A stretch of 64,000 nt of DNA from the IMG/VR virus record IMGVR_UViG_3300015241_000149, positions 2,854 through 66,853 of that record. One strand, written 5' to 3'. Positions 31,329 to 40,117 of this stretch are shown piece by piece. The notes below the pieces were generated by a model. It was not told the origin of the DNA, searched no databases, and saw only the letters and a program-made list of their open reading frames with translations. Both the position numbers and the translations under genes were made by a program. Numbering within the stretch: position 1 is the stretch's first letter; the number at the start of each line of letters is the position of its first letter. The DNA is from a virus.

Positions 31329-31769
31329 ATGGCGAACCATCGCCTTCGCAAGTCCCGCCACCGCTCCGTTGGACGCTTCGCGCTGGCCTTCGCCGGCATC
31401 GGCGCCGCCGGTGTACTCAGCGGAATGAACGCTCCCGTAGCCCACGCCGCGACCCCCACCGCCACCGTGACGCTGACCAGCTTCCACACCGCGCTGGCAG
31501 ATCCCCCGCACCGTGGTGGCGACCGTGACCGCGACAACTGCCGCGACGAACGGCACGGTTTGGACAACGACCGGTTCTGCCTGCCTCAGCGCCGTCACAT
31601 TCGCCACCACCACCACCACTTCGGAGGTTTCGGCGGTCACTTCGGCGGGTTCGGCGGCCACCACTTCGGGGATCACGGCGAGCACGGACACCCGGGCCAG
31701 CACGACGGTGACGGTCACGGACACCCGAGCGGTCACGGCGAGCACCACGAAGGACCGCACGGCCACTGA
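31329..31769 (+). CDS. secreted His/Gly-rich protein
   Basis: AGGAG RBS, signal peptide ending AHA, HHHHHFGGFGGHFGG and HGEH repeats. Confidence 0.75.
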   Translation: MANHRLRKSRHRSVGRFALAFAGIGAAGVLSGMNAPVAHAATPTATVTLTSFHTALADPPHRGGDRDRDNCRDERHGLDNDRFCLPQRRHIRHHHHHFGGFGGHFGGFGGHHFGDHGEHGHPGQHDGDGHGHPSGHGEHHEGPHGH

Positions 31770-31780
31770 ACGCAAGAAAG

Positions 31781-31976
31781 GGCCCCTACCAGCGAGAGCG
31801 CACCCGAAGGCGTCTCAATCGCTGGTAGGGGCCGATTCCACGCACCCCCGAGCAGTGGGGCGGTGGCCTGTGGTGGGCGTTACAGTTACTTCTCTCGAGT
31901 CTCCTCGTTGAGCAGGCGGGGAGCAGAGAACACCCCCGGTTGAGCCAGAGTTGTCACTGAGCTCCCGGGGGTGTTT
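31781..31976. terminator. two long hairpins at a convergence point (31781-31833, 31928-31976)
   Basis: GGCCCCTACCAGCGA/TCGCTGGTAGGGGCC and AACACCCCCGG/CCGGGGGTGTT. Confidence 0.65.
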
Positions 31977-31983
31977 TCGTCTT

Positions 31984-33987
31984 CTACCCCAATATCCTCG
32001 GCGCTCCGGCGTGCACCCCGACTAGTTCCGTTGCCCACGGCGCGTGCGGCACACCGTGAGTCGTTGGGACGCCGGCATGCACACCGGGGACGGCGCTGGG
32101 CGGTCCGGGATAGGGCTCCCAGTCGAGGCGGACCATCACCGAGATCGAACCGACGGCGCCCAAGGTCGCACTGGCCGCAACGTTCAGGGTGGCCAGTGCG
32201 GTCACCGTGGAGAACGCGTGCAGTGACGCGGCCCCCAACGCGGTAGCCAGGGCCGTAGCGGAAACCGAACCTGTCGCGGAGAGGGTGGCGGCGCTGTGTT
32301 GGGTGACGACGGCCAGCGCGGTGATCGAACCAGTACCGGCCATGCTCGCCGCGCCGGCTTCTGTGTCGAGCGCTGCCGCTGCGAGGGTGCCTGTGCCGGC
32401 GAGGGTGGCTGTGCTGGGAACTGTGTTGCTGGCGGTGGCTGTGATGGAACTGGTGGCGGCGAGTGCGGCTGTGCAGGGGACTGTGTTGAGCGCTACCGCT
32501 GTGAGGGTGCCCGTGCCGGCGAGGGTGGCGGTGGCGGGCTGGATCACGGTCGCGCTGGCGGTAAGGGTGCCGGTACCTGCCAGGGTTGCCGAGGCTACGT
32601 CGGTGTTGAGCGCGGCCGCTGTGATCGAGGTGCTGGCGGCGAGGGTGGCTGTGCACTCGACCGTGTTCTCTATCGACGCGGTGACCGAACTCGTGGCCGC
32701 CATGCTCGCCGACACCATCTCGGTATTGAGCGCTGCGGCTGTAACTGTGCCTGTGCCGGCGAGGGTAGCTGTGCACGGGACTGTGTTGTCCGCGCTGGCC
32801 GTGACAGAGCTCGTGGCGGCCAAGGTCGCTGAAGCGCTGGCGAAGCCGCCTGTGTCCGCCGTGAGGGTGCCGACGCCGTGCAGGGTGGCCGTGCAGGGGA
32901 CTGTGTTGAGCGCCGCCGCTGTGAGGGTGCCGGTGCCAGCGAGGGTGGCTGAGGCTATGTCGGTGTTGTCGGCGGCGGCTGTGAGGGTGCCCGTGCCTGC
33001 CAGGGTTGCGGACGCTACAACCGTGTTCTCTGCCGTCGCGGTGACTGAGGTGGTGGCGGCGAGCGCTGCCGAGCAAACCACCGTGTTGTCGACGCTGGCG
33101 GTGACCGAGGTAAGGGCGGCTATGGTCGCGGCGCCGGTGGTGGTGTCCAGGATGTTGGCCGCGACGGAACCAGCGCCGGCCAACGTTGCCGAGGCGAAGT
33201 ACGTGGCTGTGGCGTTGGCTGTGACTGTGCCTGTGCCGGCGAGTGTGGCCGACGGGTAGGTGGTGTTGTCCGCCGACGCGGTGAAGGTGCCAGTGCCAGC
33301 CAGCACCGCTGAGGCTACGTCGGTGTTGCTGGCGCTGGCCGTGACCGAACCTGAGGCCGCCAGGGTTGCTGAACACACAACCGTATTGGTCGCCGACGCG
33401 GTGACTGAGCTCGTGGCGGCCAGTGAGGCGGAGACCGGGACCGTATTGAGAGCAACGGCGGTGACTGTGCCCGTACCTGCCAGGGTTGCCGCGCCGGCTT
33501 CGGTATCGAGCGCTGCCGCTGTGACTGTGCCCGTGCCGGCGAGCATTGCCGAACACACAACCGTATTGCTGGCGGTGGCTGTGACTGTGCCTGTGCCGGC
33601 GAGAGTGGCTGTGCATACAACTGTGTTGCTAGCGACGGCGGTAACTGTGCCGGTGCCGGCGAGCGTGGCTGTGCAGGGAACTGTGTTGCTGGCTACCGCT
33701 GTAACCGAACCAGTGCCGGCGAGGGTGGCTGTGCAGGGAACTGTGTTGCTAGCTACCGCCGTGACTGTGCCGGTGCCGGCAAGGGTGGCTGTGCATACAA
33801 CTGTGTTGCTAGCGACGGCAGTAACTGTGCCGGTGCCAGCGAGGGTGGCTGTGCAGGGAACTGTGTTGCTAGCTACCGCTGTGACTGAGCCGGTACCAGC
33901 GAGGGTGGCGGACGCGGCTATGTTCTGCGCGGCCGCGACAATCAGCTGCGGATGACGGTTCGGGAAGCTTCTGCCTAGGCGTGCCAC
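31984..33987 (-). CDS. Ala/Thr-rich 20-aa tandem repeat protein (fibre-like)
   Basis: About 30 repeats of ATLAGTGTVTAxAxNTxxxx (60-bp unit). Confidence 0.85.
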   Translation of the reverse strand: MARLGRSFPNRHPQLIVAAAQNIAASATLAGTGSVTAVASNTVPCTATLAGTGTVTAVASNTVVCTATLAGTGTVTAVASNTVPCTATLAGTGSVTAVASNTVPCTATLAGTGTVTAVASNTVVCTATLAGTGTVTATASNTVVCSAMLAGTGTVTAAALDTEAGAATLAGTGTVTAVALNTVPVSASLAATSSVTASATNTVVCSATLAASGSVTASASNTDVASAVLAGTGTFTASADNTTYPSATLAGTGTVTANATATYFASATLAGAGSVAANILDTTTGAATIAALTSVTASVDNTVVCSAALAATTSVTATAENTVVASATLAGTGTLTAAADNTDIASATLAGTGTLTAAALNTVPCTATLHGVGTLTADTGGFASASATLAATSSVTASADNTVPCTATLAGTGTVTAAALNTEMVSASMAATSSVTASIENTVECTATLAASTSITAAALNTDVASATLAGTGTLTASATVIQPATATLAGTGTLTAVALNTVPCTAALAATSSITATASNTVPSTATLAGTGTLAAAALDTEAGAASMAGTGSITALAVVTQHSAATLSATGSVSATALATALGAASLHAFSTVTALATLNVAASATLGAVGSISVMVRLDWEPYPGPPSAVPGVHAGVPTTHGVPHAPWATELVGVHAGAPRILG

Positions 33988-34046
33988 AGGTCAACTCCCC
34001 TCTCGTCTCCACCCATTACATCAACGACCCTCCCATGATCTAATCC

Positions 34047-34559
34047 CTATTCATCCCACAATATCCACGCGTAAGTGCCGACGTTGACAGACGTAGTCAC
34101 TCGGATTCGCAGGAAATGCGACACGGGAACAAGAAACTCCCGGCCAAGCGACCATTCCCACTCATACGACACCGCACTGATAGGCAAGATCTTGGTCTTT
34201 GCTGTACGGACAGAGGTAATGGTCCCCTCGGTTTGCCCAGTCTTCCACCACCCCGTGGCACCAGTGCCCAGCGTCATAATTGACGTCCCACCTTGTGCGT
34301 CCGCACCATAAGGCTGCACCCCCGCCGCGACATGTGCATTCATGCCAGTACACGCGATTGCAGCGGTGTCGACCAGCTCTACTGTTGCGGCAGCGGTGAG
34401 CGCATTAGCAAACTCAATGCCAAACGCGACAACCTTCAGCGTGCTTGTGGATGGAGTGGCGATTTGCAGTAGTGTGTTGACGGTGGTAGGCGTGGGTGTA
34501 ACAGTTGCGGGTGCCGCTGTAGTCGGCATAACAGCGCTTGCCGCCCAAAAGAGTGCCAT
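34047..34559 (-). CDS. putative virion accessory beta-protein
   Basis: MALFWAA start; ends W-D-E; lower GC. Confidence 0.6.
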   Translation of the reverse strand: MALFWAASAVMPTTAAPATVTPTPTTVNTLLQIATPSTSTLKVVAFGIEFANALTAAATVELVDTAAIACTGMNAHVAAGVQPYGADAQGGTSIMTLGTGATGWWKTGQTEGTITSVRTAKTKILPISAVSYEWEWSLGREFLVPVSHFLRIRVTTSVNVGTYAWILWDE

Positions 34560-34566
34560 TTTTCCC

Positions 34567-35274
34567 CTACCAGGAACTTGCGCGGATAAACCGGGCACGG
34601 TTTGTCAACGGTTGGATAATGGGCGCGGCCGCGATGGCTACGTCGATGACGATCCAGCCGCCGGTAGCACTGCACGTACAGGTCTGGTTGTCGGTCCCGT
34701 TGACCTTGTCCTGCATGACGATCCCGCAGTTGAACAACGTGCCAGAACTGACGTTGGTGAGGGCATTCATACGGGTATTCCAACCCGAACCCGGCGGGGT
34801 GAAAGAACGGCCCGTCCCGTTGGCGTCTTCCGCCCATAGGAAGAACCGAGCCACCATGTCGTTGGCGCCCGGCACCGGACTCAGAGCCGTTCGGGCGGGT
34901 GAGCTGGTACTGGCGGTGCTGGCCGTTACCGCAATCTCAGAGTCACCGATCGGAGAGCCCGAGTAGTTCGTGTACCGCACCATGCACGCCATGCACATGT
35001 TGTTGGTACCCGACTTGGTGACGGACAGGCTCCCACTCTCCGTGCCGTCCGCGATTTTGGTGTAGACCGCACCGCCGGTGTCGTTGATGACGCTTGAGTT
35101 CCCCTTCGCCAGCGTCCACCCGGTCGGCGTGGTGAAACCCGTCGGGTCGCCGTTGACGGCCGCCAAAAGCAGCGGATCACCGGCCACGATCCCCGACGGG
35201 TATGGCACGCTGACCGGGCTGTTCGCCGCTGAGGGGGTGGTGGCGATGCCGATCGCGCCAAACGCAACCGCCAT
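34567..35274 (-). CDS. putative virion accessory/fibre-associated protein
   Basis: P.GIVAGD.LL...TTPTGWT motif, C-terminal RASSW. Confidence 0.6.
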   Translation of the reverse strand: MAVAFGAIGIATTPSAANSPVSVPYPSGIVAGDPLLLAAVNGDPTGFTTPTGWTLAKGNSSVINDTGGAVYTKIADGTESGSLSVTKSGTNNMCMACMVRYTNYSGSPIGDSEIAVTASTASTSSPARTALSPVPGANDMVARFFLWAEDANGTGRSFTPPGSGWNTRMNALTNVSSGTLFNCGIVMQDKVNGTDNQTCTCSATGGWIVIDVAIAAAPIIQPLTNRARFIRASSW

Positions 35275-35277
35275 AGG

Positions 35278-35679
35278 TCAGGCGAGCGTGATCGTGATGG
35301 CCGACGTGGCGAAGGACAGCGTGTCGCCGGAGTTGGTGGTCTTGTTCGCCGACAGGTTCCCCCACCACCGGCGGATCGGGGTGCCGGCGCTGTCCCACAG
35401 CTCCATACCTACGACGGTGACGGCCGGCATGTTGGTGAAGGTGACCGCCCCCGAGCTGTTGGTAATGGAACCCGAGGACGCGGAACCCCAGATGGTCGCG
35501 GTGGTGGTGTCCTGCGGTGTGTAGGAACCGCCGGTGACCTCGGTGCCCGCCGCCGTCGCTGAGCCAATGACTGTAACCAGACGCAATTTCACGGGGGTGG
35601 TAGCGGCTGTGTACGCGGTGCCCTTCACGCTCGAATCCAGCAGGTGATTTGCCTCGACCTGAACCAGCCCACTAGCCAT
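35278..35679 (-). CDS. putative fibre-associated virion protein
   Basis: GTEVTGGSY, VTFTNMP, KTTNSGDTLSF. Confidence 0.65.
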   Translation of the reverse strand: MASGLVQVEANHLLDSSVKGTAYTAATTPVKLRLVTVIGSATAAGTEVTGGSYTPQDTTTATIWGSASSGSITNSSGAVTFTNMPAVTVVGMELWDSAGTPIRRWWGNLSANKTTNSGDTLSFATSAITITLA

Positions 35680-35680
35680 G

Positions 35681-35893
35681 TCAATTACCCTTCGTGATGT
35701 GTTTGCGGAGGTCGTCGCCGGTCAGTCCGTGCGCGCCTTCTATCTGTTGGGCGCATACGGTGCAGCCGGTTACGGAAAGGTGGCAGTCCATATGCCAGGG
35801 AACCTCAGCCATGTCCGGCGGGACCGCCACGACGTGCTTGGGGTGGTCGTCGGTGAGTCCGCAAGCAAGGCAAGTGCGCAGCAGTCCGGCCAT
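35681..35893 (-). CDS. small Cys/His-rich protein
   Basis: CLACG.TDDHPKH...HMDCH...C..C. Confidence 0.6.
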   Translation of the reverse strand: MAGLLRTCLACGLTDDHPKHVVAVPPDMAEVPWHMDCHLSVTGCTVCAQQIEGAHGLTGDDLRKHITKGN

Positions 35894-36276
35894 CAGTAGT
35901 GGGTCACTTCCAGGTCGAGGTAAACGGCTCCGTCCGCGATCCGGAATGTGCGTTGCCCGACCGGCGCGGAAGGATTGGTGAGATTGATGTCGTAGCGGCT
36001 CGATGACCACGTCCACAGGCCCCACGCCGCCGACTCCACGCCCAGGACGCGTACGGTCAGCAGGTTTCCGGACAGCGTGATCAGGCCCTGGCCAGAGGTG
36101 GGGCTGGTCGACCAGGTGAACAGCGACGGCTCGGTGAACGGGGTCTGTCGAATCATCCCGAGCGCGGTGCACCCGGCCAGGTCATAGGGCGCGCCGACGG
36201 AGTCGAAGATGGGGAACGCCAGACCGGGCCAGTCCGCGCCCTGCTCGATGTGCAGGTCAACGCTGATTGCGCCCAC
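35893..36276 (-). CDS. tail/baseplate-associated Ig-like protein
   Basis: DLHIEQGADW...YDLAG...YDINL...G.V...EVT. Confidence 0.6.
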   Translation of the reverse strand: MGAISVDLHIEQGADWPGLAFPIFDSVGAPYDLAGCTALGMIRQTPFTEPSLFTWSTSPTSGQGLITLSGNLLTVRVLGVESAAWGLWTWSSSRYDINLTNPSAPVGQRTFRIADGAVYLDLEVTHY

Positions 36277-36425
36277 TAGCGAAAGCTCAGGGAAGATGAG
36301 CTGGCCAACAGCGCCACCGCCAGCAGGATCACCGAGACGGCCAGTAGTGGGTAGTTGTGCGCCAGCGGAATCAGGCTGAAGATCGCCAGGAGCAGCGCGA
36401 TGACGACCAGAATCAGAACTACCAC
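36276..36425 (-). CDS. small 2-TM membrane protein
   Basis: 49-aa hydrophobic ORF read directly from sequence. Confidence 0.6.
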   Translation of the reverse strand: MVVLILVVIALLLAIFSLIPLAHNYPLLAVSVILLAVALLASSSSLSFR

Positions 36426-36430
36426 GGCAC

Positions 36431-36685
36431 TCAGCCCTTCTCGTGTTCGTTGCGGTAGACCACCGGGCCGGGAACCAACGACGGGCTGTCCGCCGGGCCG
36501 ATCGGCGCGGAGATGATCGAGGTCAGCACCGACAACGCCCCGGTCATCAGCGCGGTGGCCAGCACGACGCTCCAGTTGGCCGTGAGCAGGTTGAACGCGC
36601 CCGCGCCGAACACGGCGACCAGTGACTGCGCCACGGTCTTAGCCGCGCGCTCAAGGGCGTTACGCCAGAAAACCCAGGACCACAT
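36431..36685 (-). CDS. holin (r1t-like)
   Basis: FW..ALERAAKT.AQ...W......LSVLTSI.S...SPSL. Confidence 0.9.
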   Translation of the reverse strand: MWSWVFWRNALERAAKTVAQSLVAVFGAGAFNLLTANWSVVLATALMTGALSVLTSIISAPIGPADSPSLVPGPVVYRNEHEKG

Positions 36686-36689
36686 TCCG

Positions 36690-37724
36690 CTACTCCTTCG
36701 TGTCCTTGAGCAGCCCAGCGAGGGTTGCCGCGATGCTTTTGATCTCGGTAGGGCTCAGGCGTGACTGCGCGGCTTTGGCGGGAACCGGCGGTGCTACGAC
36801 GGGCACAGCGGCCGGCGGCGCCACGACAGGCGTCGGGGTGGTTGGGGATTCCAGGGCCCGCACCGCGTTCCAGGTCTGGCGCACCTCGACGTTGGCGCGC
36901 TGTAGATAGCCCAGGGGGGTCAGGTGCTCGGGGGCAGCGGACTCGAAGGGGTCATCGCTGCCGTACGGCCAGGTCTGCACCGGGGTTGAGATCCAGTTGT
37001 GCAGGTCCACCAGCATGTTGTGCTCATCCGGGGTCAAGTCCATCTCCAACTCATGCAGTGGCATCAAGGCGAAGTTCAGGTCGCAATGCCCAGCGACCCC
37101 GGCCACCGCCCCCGTCTGGCTGTACTGGTGGATCGCCACGCGCGGAGAGGTGTACCCGGGCTGTCCGGGCGTGCGCCCGTAGTGGGCCAGCCAGAGCAGC
37201 ACGTCGTTGTCCATCCAGGACTCACCGATTTGGTCGGTGAAGAACGACACGGAGGAATAGACCATCACCCGGCGCGCGGCACTCACCGAACGCAACCTGT
37301 CCAGGAACGCCTTAGCCCAACCGCCGAGGTGCCCGTCCCCGACCTCGAGATCCAGCGCCGGCGGCAGGTGCCCTTGGATGGCGTCGTAGCGCTCAAGTAC
37401 CGAGGCGAACACGTCGGCCTGCTCGTGGGCGCTGCCGACCGACGGGTCCGCGTAGTGGTAAAGACCCACCGAAAGCCCAGCCGCCGTCGCGGACTCGAAC
37501 TGAGCTTCGGTGGTCGGATAGTTCGAATTGGTGTTGTTACTGGCTTTGATATAGACGAACTGGTGGCCGGACGACGCGACAGCTGAAAAGTCGGGGGTGC
37601 CCTGCCAGGAGGAGGTGTCTACCCCGGATGCGCCGGAATCGCTCTGACCTGGGTGAAGTTCACCGAACAGAGCGTCGTAGATGGGGGTGTCCAACGTATG
37701 CTCGAAAATCCATGAGCCCGTCAA
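36690..37724 (-). CDS. endolysin, GH25 muramidase
   Basis: GVDTSSWQG, VYIKAS, GLYHY, LDLE, LWLAHY, HQYS, DLN; TTG start after AAGGGGGG. Confidence 0.9.
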   Translation of the reverse strand: MTGSWIFEHTLDTPIYDALFGELHPGQSDSGASGVDTSSWQGTPDFSAVASSGHQFVYIKASNNTNSNYPTTEAQFESATAAGLSVGLYHYADPSVGSAHEQADVFASVLERYDAIQGHLPPALDLEVGDGHLGGWAKAFLDRLRSVSAARRVMVYSSVSFFTDQIGESWMDNDVLLWLAHYGRTPGQPGYTSPRVAIHQYSQTGAVAGVAGHCDLNFALMPLHELEMDLTPDEHNMLVDLHNWISTPVQTWPYGSDDPFESAAPEHLTPLGYLQRANVEVRQTWNAVRALESPTTPTPVVAPPAAVPVVAPPVPAKAAQSRLSPTEIKSIAATLAGLLKDTKE

Positions 37725-37808
37725 CGTCGAGCCCCCCTTGTCGTTGATAGGGCGTTGTGGGGCCGGGGCGCGGGCCACCAGGAAGTAACCCGCGCCCCGG
37801 TGCTCATA

Positions 37809-38461
37809 TCAGCTGGTCGCCGGGGGAACGAGCGCCGCCGCCGAGGCAACAGCGGCCTGCACCGCGTCGGCCAGGGTCTGGCTGGTCGCCACCTCGGCCT
37901 GAAGCGCCGCCAGGTCCAGCTGAGCCGGGGGAACCGCCAACAGCGCCGCGATCGCCGCGACGGACGCCTGTAGGTCAGACACGGCGGTATTGAGCTCTGC
38001 ATCCTCGGCCACCAGTGCGGCGGTGAGGGCGTCGACGTCGGCCTGGGTTGCCATGTTGCTCCTTATGTCGTGGAGTGCCTTCTCGATCGCCGCAAGCCGA
38101 CGGTCGATGTGTGTGGCGGCCGCCGTGAACTGGTCCTGAGTGACCGGTGTCCAGGTGAACGGCCAGGGGGAAGGGCTCGGGTGCGGTGGGAAAGCCTGCT
38201 CAGTCATGGCGCCTGCCTCACGGGTGGAAGTCGGTAGAGCAGAGCCTCATCGGCCAGGTAGCGGATCTCGCAGGGCCAGGGCGGTGGCCGGCGCTGGGAG
38301 TTGCAGCCCAGACACGAACCGTCGCCGTCGGGGATGTGTGAGTTCTGTAATCGCACGATCCGCATCTCGTCGTCGAGCAGGAATCTGATGACCGCGATCT
38401 CGGCGTCGTTGAGCCCCGCGCGGCGTCCCAGTAGCGGGCGCTCGCGCGGGGCCGGGATCAC
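37809..38461 (-). CDS. two hypothetical genes (37809-38207 coiled coil, 38204-38461)
   Basis: Coupled ORFs. Confidence 0.6.
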
Positions 38462-39519
38462 TAGTTGACCGACCTGCCGACCTGGGAGGCAAAAACGATC
38501 ACGTTCTGGGTGTAGCTGCGTTTGCTCGGGTCGAACGGGCCGCCGCAGGTGATCAGCCGCAGTTCCGGGGCGTCGGTGGCGCCGTAGACCGCCTGGGTGG
38601 GAAACGAGTCCTTGTCGGCGTAGGCAACCTGGGTGACAGCGAAGTTGACCTGGGTGCCGTTGGCGCGCCGCACCACGATCAGGTCACCGGGCTGGAGCTG
38701 GTTGACCTTGGCGAACACACCCAGCACGTGGTTACCGTCGACGTGCCCGATCAGTACCGCCGGGCCGGGCTCCCCAGGCATCGGCGCGCCGCAAGGAGCC
38801 TTACCCGCCGGGCACAGCCAACCGACGCGCGCCACCGCCGACAGTGGTGGGGTTTGCACCGTGTGGTTCGGGTTGAGTCCGAGCCGCATGAAGTCCCCGG
38901 TGGACAGCCCGAGCGTGGGGATGTCCAGGCCGACCGGTACGTCACCGCCTGAGATGGCGTCTACCGGGTTGGGTCCCCAGCTCAGGGCGATGGGTGCGGC
39001 CGGCGGCGGGGGGAGTTCCTGGGGGGCGCTGGGGGCAACGGGGGCGCTAGGAGCTCGGGGTGCGCTGGGTGCATGAGGTGCCGGCTGTAGTGCGTGCGGT
39101 TTCGTCGGAGGTGCGGTCCCCGAGCCGGTGGGCGGTAGGTCGGGTTGTGGGGCTACGCAGGTCGGGCAGTTCATCGGGGTCAGCGCCGGCATCGGGTCAG
39201 CACTTGGCGCGGTGTGATGATGGTTGACCCACACCGCCCCGCTGACGCCGGCGCCGGCCGCGAGGATGAACGCCGTGATCAGCCCCAGCCAGAGGGGGAA
39301 CCGGGTGCCTCGGATTCGCGCCGAACGGTAATCAGCGCGCGCAAGATCCGCTGCACGTCTGCTGGAGAGCACGTGACTCCCTCGCCGGCCTCGGGCCCGG
39401 ACAATCGCAACCGCACGACTGAACCCGAGCCGGTCGCCACCGTCACCGAGCCACCGACGCAGTCGACCGTGATCTGAAGTGGCCGGCCGTGGTGGCTCGG
39501 TGACGGGGGCATTCGTCAT
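38461..39519 (-). CDS. class F sortase
   Basis: TM anchor, Pro-rich linker, PGEPGPAVLIGHVD, LRLITCGG, YTQNVIVFA. Confidence 0.9.
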   Translation of the reverse strand: MTNAPVTEPPRPATSDHGRLRRWLGDGGDRLGFSRAVAIVRARGRRGSHVLSSRRAADLARADYRSARIRGTRFPLWLGLITAFILAAGAGVSGAVWVNHHHTAPSADPMPALTPMNCPTCVAPQPDLPPTGSGTAPPTKPHALQPAPHAPSAPRAPSAPVAPSAPQELPPPPAAPIALSWGPNPVDAISGGDVPVGLDIPTLGLSTGDFMRLGLNPNHTVQTPPLSAVARVGWLCPAGKAPCGAPMPGEPGPAVLIGHVDGNHVLGVFAKVNQLQPGDLIVVRRANGTQVNFAVTQVAYADKDSFPTQAVYGATDAPELRLITCGGPFDPSKRSYTQNVIVFASQVGRSVN

Positions 39520-39523
39520 CGGA

Positions 39524-40042
39524 TCAGAAGTGCCAGTGCACCCGGCGGGGGCTGCCGAAGTACGAGAAGCCCCGGTTGAGCAGGGTCGCGCAGGAACCGT
39601 CGCCGGCACTCACCGCGCCTACCGGAACCTCAATGTACTGCGGGGCCGGAACCAGCTGGTAGCCGTAGGAGACGGGGTCTCCCGAGCAGCCACACGAGGT
39701 GGCCACCTGGCTGTAGGGGAGCACGACGCCGCGCGGGTCACGCCAGTAGGTACCGCCGTAGCCGCCGGGGAAGCCGCCACCGTAGAACCCACCGCCGTAG
39801 CCGCCGGGGAAGTGCCCACCGGGCAGACCCGGGTGTCCGTGGTGCAGCGGGTCGGGCACGCAGGTGCCACCCACTCCGCCCACGGCGCCGATCAGGTCGC
39901 CGACAAGGCCGCCGGAGGTCGTACAGGGAGTTTCGGCCTTCACCGCGTGAGCGGGAGTACTCGCGTAAGCCATCCCCACGGAGCCGGCCCCGAGCAGCGC
40001 CATGGCGGCCCCGACGGTAACGATCTTACGTAGCATGATCAA
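39524..40042 (-). CDS. secreted Gly-rich protein, candidate sortase substrate
   Basis: Signal peptide (AYA), GGHFPGG/GGFPGG repeats, VPVGAVSAGDG near C-terminus. Confidence 0.7.
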   Translation of the reverse strand: MIMLRKIVTVGAAMALLGAGSVGMAYASTPAHAVKAETPCTTSGGLVGDLIGAVGGVGGTCVPDPLHHGHPGLPGGHFPGGYGGGFYGGGFPGGYGGTYWRDPRGVVLPYSQVATSCGCSGDPVSYGYQLVPAPQYIEVPVGAVSAGDGSCATLLNRGFSYFGSPRRVHWHF

Positions 40043-40117
40043 ACCTTTCGTGTGCTCAGGCGTCCCTCGCCAGCCACCGGATCCGCCGGTTGCGGGTCGT
40101 GCACCGGGCCTAACGAG

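Noticed and set aside
31886-33955. Alternative-frame repeat ORFs (RHRHSHS-rich 576 aa; VPVPARVA ORFs) and a possible CRISPR-like 60-bp periodicity
   Set aside because: By-products of the coding 20-aa repeat; no unique spacers and no cas genes.
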